DNA of 64,000 nucleotides from the NCBI RefSeq assembly GCF_963921235.1, contig NC_086097.1, positions 7,626,001 through 7,690,000 on the forward strand. Reading direction: 5' to 3'. This DNA comes from Mobula hypostoma. Its lineage: Eukaryota. Both the position numbers and the translations under genes were made by a program. This document shows positions 50,426-61,149 of the stretch, piece after piece. How positions within the stretch are numbered: the first letter of the stretch is position 1; each line of letters begins with the position of its first letter. The notes beneath the pieces are model-generated. The model searched no databases. It was given only the letters and a program-made list of their open reading frames with translations, and was not told where the DNA came from.

Positions 50426-50728
50426 TATGTACAGAAAGATGTCGAAAAAGGGGCAGTGACTTCACAAAGTATCAGCCCCCCCACCCCCGCTCATGGACTA
50501 TTTGTCCCACTCCCATCAGTGACGAGACTACACAGCATCCACACCAGGACCACCAGACTTAATAGCAGTTACTTTCCACAAGCAATAAGGCTGATCAACA
50601 CTTCCACCCACTAACCTACCCCACAACCACTACTTTATCACTTTCTGTCAGTCACCTTATGTAAAGACACTCCTGTGCCTAGTGTCACATTATGGACATA
50701 TAATCAATCTATGTATAGAAGCTATCTT

Positions 50729-51044
50729 TATATATATAAAGCATCCATTAGTCTCGTGAGAGCATGGATTTGCACCTTGAAAGGTTTCCCGGGTGCAGGC
50801 CTGGGCAAGGTTGTATGGAAGACCGACAGTTGCCCATGCTGCAGGTATCCCCTCTCCATGCCACCAATGTTGTCCAAGGGAAGGGCATTAGGACCCATAC
50901 AGCTTGGCACCAGTGTCGTCGCAGAGCAATATGTGGTAAAGTGCCTTGCTCAAGGATACAACACGCTGCCTCAGCCAAGGCTCGAACTAGCGACCTTCAG
51001 ATCACTAGACAAACACCTTAACCACTTGGCCACGTGCCAACACG
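50729..51044 (-). mobile_element. Composite SINE: tRNA head, CORE-like box, RTE-type tail
   Basis: A-box TGGCCAAGTGG, B-box GTTCGAGCC, TCCTTGAGCAAGGCACTT; tail similar to the 60000-family 3' end; TSD GAAGCTATCTT at 50718-50728 and 51045-51055. Confidence 0.8.
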
Positions 51045-51459
51045 GAAGCTATCTTATTTATTTATAATTATTATGTTTTTACTTTATAATAGTATTCTTT
51101 ACATTATTGGGCTTGTTTGTGCTACATCAGATCAGGAGTAACAATTATTTTGTTCTCTTTTATACCTGCTTACCTGAGATGACATTAAACAATCTTGAAT
51201 TCTGATAAAGTAACTTTCTTGGCAACAGGTTATAAACTATTTCACTGTCAGCAGTATCCCCACTGGAATGGCTGCACCTGATTGAAATTCTAGATCATTC
51301 TCCCATTGTGGCCACCCAACCTATTGTTGAAACTGCTCAAATGTACATTCATTTCTCAGAGTCATTTCTGTGCATTAGTTATTCCTATGTGGTCCTGCTT
51401 TGGAAAGCAGCTTCAGGGAATGCTGTTGTGATGGAGAACTCCAGTTTCCGGAATGTTGG

Positions 51460-51740
51460 TTATTTAAAAAGAAAGTGACAGGACTGATCCACTCCTTTCA
51501 TGGGCTGCCAGCGAGTCTCCTCCCTACTGATCCAAATTGAAGATGGCATGCCAGAAATATTCAGGACTGCTAGACTTCTAACAACTCATAAATTAATCGG
51601 GTCAGATTTCAGAAGCTTCCTACTGACGTGCTCAGGAAATAAAGCTGGAAATAATAGCATCTCTGGCTGCAGATGTTCTTTATCTCTCCTGAAGGCTTTA
51701 AACTTTATTTTTAAAGTTGCAAGCAAAACAGAGAATTTAT
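51460..51740 (-). pseudogene. Exon-like block with one in-frame stop (unidentified)
   Basis: Acceptor CTCTATTTTAG|, 50 open codons (KFSVLLATLKIKFKAFRRDKEHLQPEMLLFPALFPEHVSRKLLKSDPINL), TGA at 51586-51588, then about 41 more open codons. Confidence 0.25.
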
Positions 51741-52547
51741 CTAAAATAGAGTCACAGATAGTCTGTTTGTGAAACTGGTCTGATAATTGCTACATGTATA
51801 TCTTGATGATATTAAGGGAAATCAAAGGTAATATGGCTGTTTGGGCAAATGATGGGACCTCATCAATAAACTGTTCTCACAAACTATGGACTCACTTTCC
51901 AAGGACTCTCCATCTCATATTATCAATATTTATTGCTTATTTACTTCGTATTATTATTATTATTTCTTCTTTGTGTGTTTGTACATTTTGTTGTCTTCTG
52001 TACTCTAGTTGAACACCCTAGTTGGGCAGTTTTTCATTGATTCTGTTATGGTTATTATTCCATAGATTTGTTGAGTATGCCCACAAGAAAATGAATCTCA
52101 GAGCTGCATATGGTGACATGTATGTACTTTGATAATAAATTTACTTTGAAATTTGAAACACAGATAAATTTCTCTACTTCAATATTCATTTACTGAATCA
52201 GTAAGAATGCTTCCTATTTATATTGTAATATATCGCTTCAACATGCTGTAGGGATGTAGTCACTGCTCTGTCATTGGCAAAGTGTCTTTGTTTATTACTG
52301 TAATAACTATTTAATGCCTCTCTGTGATGTCATCATTGATAAGTGCCCTGGTGCAACAGACAGATATAAACTTGTCTGTCATGAATTCCTTATTTCAGGC
52401 ACATCACCAGCAAGGTCTCAAGTGGAAATGGGACTGTTTTTTCTCAGAAGGGGAATTATGAATCAGAAAGCAAATAAACCTGAACTTCTTTCACTCTCTT
52501 CCTGAGTTCCATTTATTGAAGGGCATTGGCTAAGTCATTTTTATTAT

Positions 52548-52677
52548 TAACACAGGAGATTTCACAGATGCTGGAAATCCAGAGAGCACACACTAAATGC
52601 TGGAGGAACTCAGCAGGTCAGTCAGCATCTATGGAAATGAATAAGCAGCCGATGTTTCAGGCTGAGACCCCTCATCA
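52548..52677 (-). mobile_element. Solo PLE pLTR
   Basis: Antisense tail through the hammerhead (GATGTTTCAGGCTGAGACCCCTCATCA). Confidence 0.85.
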
Positions 52678-53473
52678 TAACTAGAAAGATAGAGTGAAGA
52701 AGCCAATTCTTCCACATTTCTTTGTGGAAAATCTCATCCTTGACTTTTCCACGGGGAAATGTGGTATTCTCTCTGACCTCTCAGAATTAGAATCAGTTTT
52801 TCTTTTCGGTGGCTTACATGACACCAGAATTTGTTGTTTTCTGGCAATATTACAGTACAAAGACATAAAAATCACCATAAATGACAAAATAATTAAATAG
52901 TGCAAACAAGAAAGGAATAATAAAGTGTTATTCATGGTTTCGAGGAGTCTGATGATGAAAGGGGAGAAGCTGTTCTGAAATGGTTGAGTCTTGTTTTCAG
53001 GTTCCTGGACTTTCCCCTCCTGTAGTAGTTAAAAGAAGAGGGTTTGTCCTGGATGGTCCTTAGTGTTAGATGCCACCTTCCTGAGGCATTGCCTCTAGAA
53101 GATACCCTCGATGGTGGTAGGAGGGCTGATTCTACAATCCATTGCAGCCTCTTACAAGTCTGTCTATTGAAACCTCCATATCAGCCTGTGATGCAACCAG
53201 TCATAATGCTCACCCACCGTATGTCTATAAAAGTTTACAAGACTCTTTGATAACATGCAAGTCTCCTCAAATTCCTAATGAAGTAGAGCCACCATCCATC
53301 CTCCCTTTTCCACTTGCTCTGTTAAGTATATGGGATTGAACTACACCAATCACCCTTCTGATATCTACTTAATGAACATATATCTTGTTGGTGTAACTCA
53401 CTTCTTCTAAGCCCATTCGGCCCCAGGACTCTCCACAAATTGATTTCCTTCAGCTGCAGCTGCAATTCCCTTT

Positions 53474-53570
53474 CAACACACACAAAATGCTGGAGAAACT
53501 CAGTAGGTCAAGCAGCATCCATCGAAATGAGGAAACAGCCAACTTTTCGGGCCAAGACCATTCTTCAGGA
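53474..53570 (-). mobile_element. Tail-less PLE pLTR fragment
   Basis: CAACACACACAAAATGCTGG...TTTCGGGCCAAGACCATTCTTCAGGA. Confidence 0.8.
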
Positions 53571-53852
53571 AAATGCCCTACCGTCAGGACTTCAAATCCT
53601 GATTTCTGGACTTTTCTCCCCCTGAACTTTCAACCTATCTTCTTAAAATTTCCTTTCCTTACAAAGCTTTTAATCAAGTCCATCTCCCCAGTTCTTCCTT
53701 TGCTTGGCAAACTCTATCTTAGTGAGTTTTTCAGACTAGAAGCCCAACATGTTTTGTTCCAATAAGCCTCAAGAATTTTGCTCCCCTTACATGTCTTGAA
53801 TCTTGAATGTAATTTTTAATGTTAGTTTTGTCATCTATATCTATATCATCTA

Positions 53853-54818
53853 TTGCACTCAACGTCAGTAAGACAAAAGAGCTGATTGTGGACTTCAGGA
53901 AAGGTAAGATGAAGGAACACATACCAATCCTCATAGAGGGATCAGAAGTGGAGAGAGTGAGCAGCTTCAAGTTCCTGGGTGTCAGGATCTCTGAGGACCT
54001 GGTCCCAACATATCGATGCAGCTATAAAGAAGGCAAGACAGTGACTACACTTCATTCGGACTTTGAAGAGATTTGGTAAGTCAACAAATTCTCTCAAAAA
54101 CTTCTACAGATGTACAGTGGAGAACATTCTGACAGGCTGCATCACTCTCTGGTATGGCGGGGTGGTGCTACTGCACAGGACCGAAGGAAGCTGCGGGGGT
54201 TGTAAATTTAGTTAGCTCCATCGGGTACTGGCCTTCAAAGTACATAGTAACACAGAAACATAGAAAACCTACAGCACAATTCAGACGCTTCGGCCCACAA
54301 TGCTGTGCAGAACATGTTCTTTAGAAATTACCTCGTGTTACCTATAGCCCTCTATTTTTCTAAGCTCCATGTACCAATCCAGGAGTCTCTTAAAAAACCT
54401 TATTGTATCCAGGATATCTTCAGGGAGCAGTGTCTCAGAAAGGCAGTGTCCATTTTTAAGGAGCTCCAGCACCCAGGGCATGCCACTTTCTCACAGTTGC
54501 CATCAGGTAGGAGGTACAGAAGCCTGAAGGCACACACTCAGCGATTCAGGAACAGCTTCTTCCCCTCTGCCATCCGATTCCTAAATGGACATTGAACCAG
54601 TGAACACTACCTCATGCTTTTAATATATATTATTTCTGATTTTTGCATGATTTTTAATCTATTAAATATATGTATACTGTAATTTATTTATTATTATTAT
54701 TATTATTATTTATATTTTTTCTTTTTTCTTCTGTATTATGTATTGCATTGAGCTTCTGCTGCTAAGTTAACAAATTTCATGACACATGCAGGCGATAATA
54801 AACCTGATTCTGATTCTG
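53853..54818 (+). mobile_element. Rex1/Babar LINE 3' portion with an internal antisense CR1-tail insertion (~54250-54405)
   Basis: LNVSKTKELIVDFRK...VERVSSFKFLGV...SGRRYRSLKAHTQRFRNSFFPSAIRFLN; (GATTCT)n tail. Confidence 0.9.
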
Positions 54819-54819
54819 A

Positions 54820-55729
54820 TGATCTGGGTGATCATGTGGTTAATTGGATCAGCAAATTTGCAGATAACAGTAAGACTGGGAGTTCAGTAGACTGTGAGGA
54901 AGGCTATCATGTCTTGCTGAGGGATTTGGATCAGCTAAAAAGATGGCAGATAGAATATAATGCAGAGAAGCGCGAGGCGTTATACTTCAAGAGGACCAGC
55001 TAGGGCAAGTCTTATACCGTGACTGATAGGAAACTGAGAAGTGCAGCAGAACAAAGGGATCTGTGAATACAGGTCCACAATTCATTGAAAGTGACGACAC
55101 AGGTATATAGGGTTGTAAAGAAAGATTTTGGCACAAGTATTGAATACAAGAGATGGGATGTTTTGTTGAAGTCATCATTGATGAGCCTAATTTGTGGTAT
55201 TCTGTGCAGTTTTGGTCAACTACCTACAGGAAAGTTGTAAACAAGGTTGAAAGAGTACAGAAAATAATTACATGGATGTTGCCAGGACTGGAGGACCAGA
55301 GTAAGAGGAAAGATTGAATAGGTTAGGATTTTATTCCTTGGATCATAGAAGATTGAGAGGAGATTTGTTAGAGGGAAACAAAATAATGAGTGTTATGGAA
55401 AGGGTAAATGCAAGCAAGCTTTTTCCATTGAGGTTGGGTGGGAGTACAACTAGAGATTATGGGTTAAGGGTGAAAGGTGAAGTGTTTAAGAGGAACATGA
55501 AGGGGAACTTCTTCACACAGTGGGTGGAGAGAGTGTGGAGCAAGACGCCAGTGCTAGTGGTGCATATGAGCTCGTGTTTAACATTTAAGAGAAGTTTGGA
55601 TTGGTACATGGATGGTAGGGGTATGGAGGGCAATGATCGTGTGCAGGTCATTTTAAATGGTTCTGCGTGGACTGGATGGAGCAAGAAAGTTGTTTCTGTG
55701 CTGTACTTCTCTGTGACTCTCAGACTCTA
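54820..55729 (+). mobile_element. CR1 (HER1-type) LINE RT-to-3' fragment
   Basis: WISKFADNSK...; RLGFYSLDHRRLRGDL...KGNFFTQWVERVW. Confidence 0.88.
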
Positions 55730-56891
55730 GTTCGCAACTGTATAATGAGGGCATTTGACCAAGAGGAGTCTATTCAGCTCTTTTAGTGTGTTCAAATCTT
55801 GGTAAGATTATTACTGAGCTATATCTTAAGAGTTTCCACTCACTTTTGTTTTGTACCCTTGATTACTTTGCTGAAGAAAAGTTTCATCAAACTCAATTCT
55901 GAACTTGTTAATTAAACCAAACTTCAACAGCATTTTGGATTAGTCAGGGCATGAAGGGATATGGGGAGAAGGCAGGAGTTTGGGGCTGGGAGGGAAAATA
56001 GATCAGTCATGATGAAATAGCAGAGCAGACAGGATAGCCCAAGTGACCTAATTCTGCTCCTGTCTTATGGTCTTATGGATGAGATAGTTTCAGATTGCAA
56101 TGCGTGGATTGTTATGGTGTGATCAAAATGCCCTTGTTATCCCTTGATGAATGTTATGGGGTGCTATGGTAGTGTAGAGGTTAGCACGACATTATCACAG
56201 CTCATGCTGTCAGAGATCGATGTTCAGTTCTGGTGTCCTCTGTATGTCCTCCACGTGCATACGTGGTGCTCCTCTGGGTGCTCCAGTTTTCTTTCTAAAA
56301 TGAACCAGTTAGTAGGTTCGTTGGTCATTGTAAATTATCCTCTGATTAGCTTACAGTTAAATAGGTGGTTTGCTGGATGGTGCGACTCATTGGGCTAGTA
56401 GGGCCTGTTCTGCGCTATCATCATTTTGCACTGTGTGGAATGACATGGGCAATCACGGTCTTTTCAGAAATAGTTTTCCATTGCTTTCCTGTGGACAGTG
56501 TCTTTACAAGACACTATCAATACTCTTCAGAGATTGCCTGCATGGCACCAGTAATCACATAGCCAGGGCTTGTGATATGCACCCCTTGCTCCCGTGGTTT
56601 CACGTGAACCTGACTGGGGGGGGCTACACCTTGCCCAAGGGAAGCATGCAGGCCAGAGGATGAAGGAGGGCCTTACGCCTCCTTTGGTAGAGGTGTACAG
56701 TGCCTATAAAAAGAATTCAGCACCCCCTTGGAAGTTTTCATGTCTTATTGTTTTACAACATTGAATCACAGTGGATTTAATCTGGCTTTTTCTCGTGACA
56801 AAGTGAAAACAGATCTCTACAAAGCGATCTAAATTAATTACAAATATAAAACACAAAATAATTGATTGGATAAGTATTCACCCCCTTCAAG

Positions 56892-58062
56892 CCAGTATTT
56901 AAGTAGACGCACCTTTGGCAGCAATTTCAGCCTTGAGTCTGTGTGGATAATCTAATCTAATCTGATCTAAACATCTTGCATATCTGTATGTTGCAATTTT
57001 TCCCCATACTTCTTTACAAAACTGCTCAAGATCTGTCAGGTTGCACGGGGATTGTGAGTGAAGAGTGTTTTTCAATTCCAGCTACAAATTCTCAATTAGA
57101 TTGGGGTCTGGACTCTGACTTGGCCTCTGAAGAACATTAACTTTGTTGTTTTTAAGTTATTCCTGTGTAGCTTTGGTTTTATGCTTGGGGTCATTGCCTT
57201 GCTGGAAAACAAATCTTCTCTGAATTTGCAGTTCTCTTACAGACTCAATCAAGTTTTCCTCCAGGATTTCCCCGCATTTTGCTGCATTCATTTTACCCTG
57301 TACCTTCAGAAGCTTTCCAGGGCTTGCTGGAGTGAAGCATCCCCTCTGCATGATGCAGCTGCCACTAGGCTTCATGGTAAGGATGGTGTAGTTTTGATAA
57401 TGTGCAGTGTTTGGCTTATGATAAACATTGTGTTTACTCTGTGGCAAAGAAGCTCAATTTTGGTTTCATTAGACCATAGAATCTTCTTCCAGCTGACTTC
57501 AGAGTCTCCCACATGCCTTCTGGCATACTCTAGCTGAGATTTCATCCGAGTTTTTTGCAACAGTGACTTTCTCTTTGCTACTCTCACATAAAGCTGTGAC
57601 TGGTGGTACCCTGGCAACAATTGTTGTATGTACAGTCTCTCCCATCTCAGGTGCTGAAGCTTGTGTCCTGCTGAAGGGTTTCAGCTCAAACTGTGGACTG
57701 TACTTTTGTCCATAGATGCTACCTGCCCTGCTGAGTTCCTCCAGCATTTTGTGTGTGTTGCTCGGATTTCTAGTACTGTATCTGCAGATTTTTTCTTGTT
57801 TGACGCTTGTAACTCCTGAGTTGTCATGGGTCTCTTGGTGGCATCCCTCACTAGTCCCCTTCTTGCATGGGCACTCAGTTTTTGAGGACAGCCTGCTCTA
57901 GGCAGATTTAAGGTTGTCCTATTTTCTTTCCATTTCTTGATTGACTTAAATGCACTCCAAGGAATATTTTTGTGACTTGGAAATTTTCTTGTATCCATCT
58001 CCTGACTTGTGCTTTTCAATAGTCTTTTCACGGAGTTGCTTGGAGCGTTCTTTTGTCTTCAT
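56892..58062 (-). pseudogene. Tc1 (DD34E) transposase, frameshifted and interrupted by a PLE pLTR
   Basis: MKTKERSKQLREK..KSGDGYKKISK; WKKILWSNETKIEL; FVFQQGNDPKHK; YPHRLKAEIAAKGAST. Confidence 0.9.
57665..57804 (+). mobile_element. Solo PLE pLTR inserted in the Tc1 transposase
   Basis: TSD GCTTGT at 57659-57664 and 57805-57810; starts at hammerhead stem I (GTC-CTG). Confidence 0.85.
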
Positions 58063-58734
58063 GGTGTAGTTTTTGCCAGGGTACTAACTCAGCAGCAGCT
58101 GGACCTAACAGATATAGGTGTACTGTTCCTATAATCAATTGAAACACCTTGACTGCACACTGTGATCTCCATTTAACTAATTGTGTGACTTCTGAAACCA
58201 ATTGGCTGCACCAGTGATGGTTTGATGTGTTATATTAAAGGAGGTGACTACTTATGTAATCAATTATGTTTTATTATTGTAATTAACTTAGATCACTTTT
58301 TAGAGATCTGTTTTGGCTTTGACATGAAAGAGTCTTTTTCTGGTGATCAGTGTCAAAAAAGCCAAATTAAATGCACTGTGATATGATGTTTTAAATCAGT
58401 AAAACATGAAAACTTTCAAGAGGGGTGAATACTTTTTATAGGCACTATATCTCCACCCTGTCATCCCAGTGTGCTGTATTTCTAAATAAAATAGAAAGAC
58501 AGAACAGACTTTAAACAAAAACAGGAAAAGGGGAATGAATAAATAAAGGGTTGCATTTGTAGAGCATTTTGTAACTTTGGACTAATCTCACCATGTTCTT
58601 TATCCAAAGGAATATATTAGAAGAGTTGTCACTATCGTAGGAAATTTAGGATTAATTTGTGCTTGGTGCTGAGTTAATTTGTTTGTTGGAAACACAGGAT
58701 AGGTCGAGTGAGACTGAGTTGTAGGAAATAAAGG

Positions 58735-58970
58735 TGGTCCAGGTGACTTATCTACCTTCAGACCCTTCAGTTTCCCAATAACCTTCTCCCTAGCAATTGC
58801 AACTTCACACACTTCATGACCCCTGACATTTGGAACTTCAACCATTCTGCTAGTGTCTTCCACAGTGAAGACTGATGCAAAATACTTACTCAGTTCATCC
58901 ACTGTTTCCTTGTCCGCCTCTCCAGCATTATTTTCCAGCACTCCAATGTCAACTCTTGCCTCTCTTTTAT
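58735..58970 (-). mobile_element. CR1 ORF2 internal fragment
   Basis: DELSKYFASVFTVED...LKGLKVDKSPGP. Confidence 0.85.
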
Positions 58971-59210
58971 ACATTATACACTTTGATAATAAATTAACTT
59001 TGAACTTTAACAATGTTGAATGATGGATAGCTTTTGTCTTTGTCTTTGTCCTTAAAGTAATTCAATGTGTTCTTTTCTATTCAGCTGAGACAGTGTACAG
59101 AGCCTGTGTTTAATACCTTATTCAAAGATAGTAGTAGCAATGCGCTGGATACTAGCCTGCTCAAATCTCTGGAGTGAGATTTGAATTCCAAAACCTTCTG
59201 ATGTAGTGTT

Positions 59211-59441
59211 TGATGCACTATCAATTACTCCAAAAGACTGGAAGTAGAGTAAATACTGAAAGGCTTTTATTAACAGTAAATGGACCAACGTCCATGCTGA
59301 GTATCTGTCCTGGACTGAGAGAGGAGCAATGGCACAATCGCCTTTATTCAGGGGTCTGTGTGAGGAGCCTCAGGAGCAGTCAGCAGAGGGGCGTGTCCAG
59401 GCAGGTAACCCAGTTACAACATATATACATGGTTTACCACA
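59211..59441 (-). mobile_element. Solo LTR (231 bp) of an LTR retrotransposon, probably Gypsy or BEL
   Basis: TG...CA termini; 5-bp TSD GTGTT at 59206-59210 and 59442-59446; minus-strand AATAAA near the 3' end. Confidence 0.85.
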
Positions 59442-59999
59442 GTGTTAGTGATATTACCAACCAGGACTAAATGTTACTTTATAGAAGTGCATAGAAAATT
59501 CAAAGTGAATGTAATACTTCAAAGAAGCAACCGACTCTTAGAATGCAGATTATTGTAAAATAATTTAACACCCTTGCCTTCATTAGTAAGGTCAATGAGC
59601 CCAAATGTTTGGATGTTACGTGCAAGATGTTGATGAGTCCACACTTGATGTTTTGTGTGCCGGTCAGGTCATCCAGTTCAAGTTTAATTGTCATTCAGCC
59701 ATACACATGAGTATAGCCAAACACAATGAAGGTCACAGGAAAAGGCAAGAGAATGGGGTTGAACGGGTTAATAAATCAGCTATGGTGGAATGACAGTGCA
59801 GACTCGATTGTCTGAATGGCCTAATTCTGCTCCTATGTCTCTTGGTCTAAGATTGAGAAGGATATAGACCAAATACAGGCAAGTAGGATAAACTCGGGCA
59901 GGCAATTTGATTGATATGATGAATTGGGTTGAAGGGTTTGCTTCCATACTAAATGACTTACTGACTGTACCCACAAATAAAATGCAATTAAAGTCAAAT

Positions 60000-60689
60000 G
60001 GTTCCTTAAGGGGGTGGTAATGGGGATAAGCTCCCACTACATATTAAATGCTCCCAGTGATGTGCTTCTCAAGTAGCCTCTGACAAGCAAATCCTACTCC
60101 TGGCCTTCATGTGTGGCTTAGCAAACACAAAATAATCTGCAGATGCTGGGGCCCTGACGAAGGGTTCCGGCCCAAAACGTCGACTGATCCTTTCCACGGA
60201 TGCTGCCCGACCTGCTGAGTTCCTTCAGCGTGTTGTGATGTGTGGCTTAGCTACGAAGCCTGTCAGAACTGTTTCTACTGACAGGAGAAGGGGTAAAGGC
60301 GGGTTACTGGTGCCTTGAAACCAGTTGCTTTAGGGAGATAAGGTTCATCAGTCATGGTTGGCAGCTCATCTAGAAAAAGGAAGACTATGATCTCAAACCT
60401 CCACTTCTTTGTGGCTTTATCCATTCATGGGGAAGGCTTTGGGAGTAAATCCTGAGGAAAAATTTGGAGCTGGAGCTTCTAAGGCAGTCCTACATTGAGT
60501 ACAATGCTGACTTAGAACTCCTGCAACTCCACTGGTGATAAACTGTATCAATTTCCGCTGTTCCTTTGCCTTCATCAGCTGCCTGGAGAGGGGGAGCTTG
60601 CTTTCCATATCATTCTGACCAGACTTTCATATCATCTAGAGAACTAGAATGCAATATCCATGGTTGACCTCAACCAACTCAGGGCCTCA
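60000..60689 (+). mobile_element. Full-length non-coding RTE-type element (5' end GGTTCC), interrupted by a PLE mini-element
   Basis: Same ends as 25397-25966(-); no ORF; RTE 5'UTR-like GAAGACTATGATCTCAAACC motif. Confidence 0.8.
60123..60237. mobile_element. 115-bp minimal PLE insertion: inverted tail plus hammerhead segment
   Basis: 14-bp TSD ATGTGTGGCTTAGC at 60109-60122 and 60238-60251; CTGACGAAGGGTTCCGGCCCAAAACGTCGACTG. Confidence 0.9.
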
Positions 60690-61149
60690 ATCTAAGGTCA
60701 AACAATAAAGTCATCAGAAGATTTTACTATTGTTTATCACGGTCAAAGTCAAAGTAAATTTATTATCAAAATACATATATGTCATCATACACAACCCTAA
60801 GATTCTTTTCTTGTGGGCATACTTAATAAATCCAAAATAGAATCAATGAAAGACTTCATCAACTAGATGTTCAACTAGTGTGCAAAAGATAACAAACTGT
60901 ACAGATACAAAGAGAAAGAAATAATAATAACAATAAATAAACAATAAATATCAGGAATATGATATGAATTGTCCTTTAAAGTGAGTCCATAGGTTTTACA
61001 TGGAGCTTAGAAAAATAGAGGGCTATAGGTAAGCCTAGTAATTTCTAAGGTAGGGACATGTTCAGCACAACTTTGTGGGCCGAAGGGCCTGTATTATGCT
61101 GTAAGTTTTCTATGTTTCTTTGTTGTGGGAATATTTCCATGATGGGGCA

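Larger units (their letters stand above)
56698..58447 (-). mobile_element. Full-length IR/DR-type Tc1 transposon, decayed
   Basis: TA TSD. TIR CAGTGCCTATAAAAAG / CTTTTTATAGGCACT(A), ~200 bp long, with an inner direct repeat (AAGTATTCACCCCCTT). Confidence 0.93.
56417..58468 (-). mobile_element. RTE-type SINE (family of 1-217) split by a Tc1 transposon
   Basis: 56417-56697 is the reverse complement of the 1-217 family; apparent continuation at 58448-58468. Confidence 0.7.
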
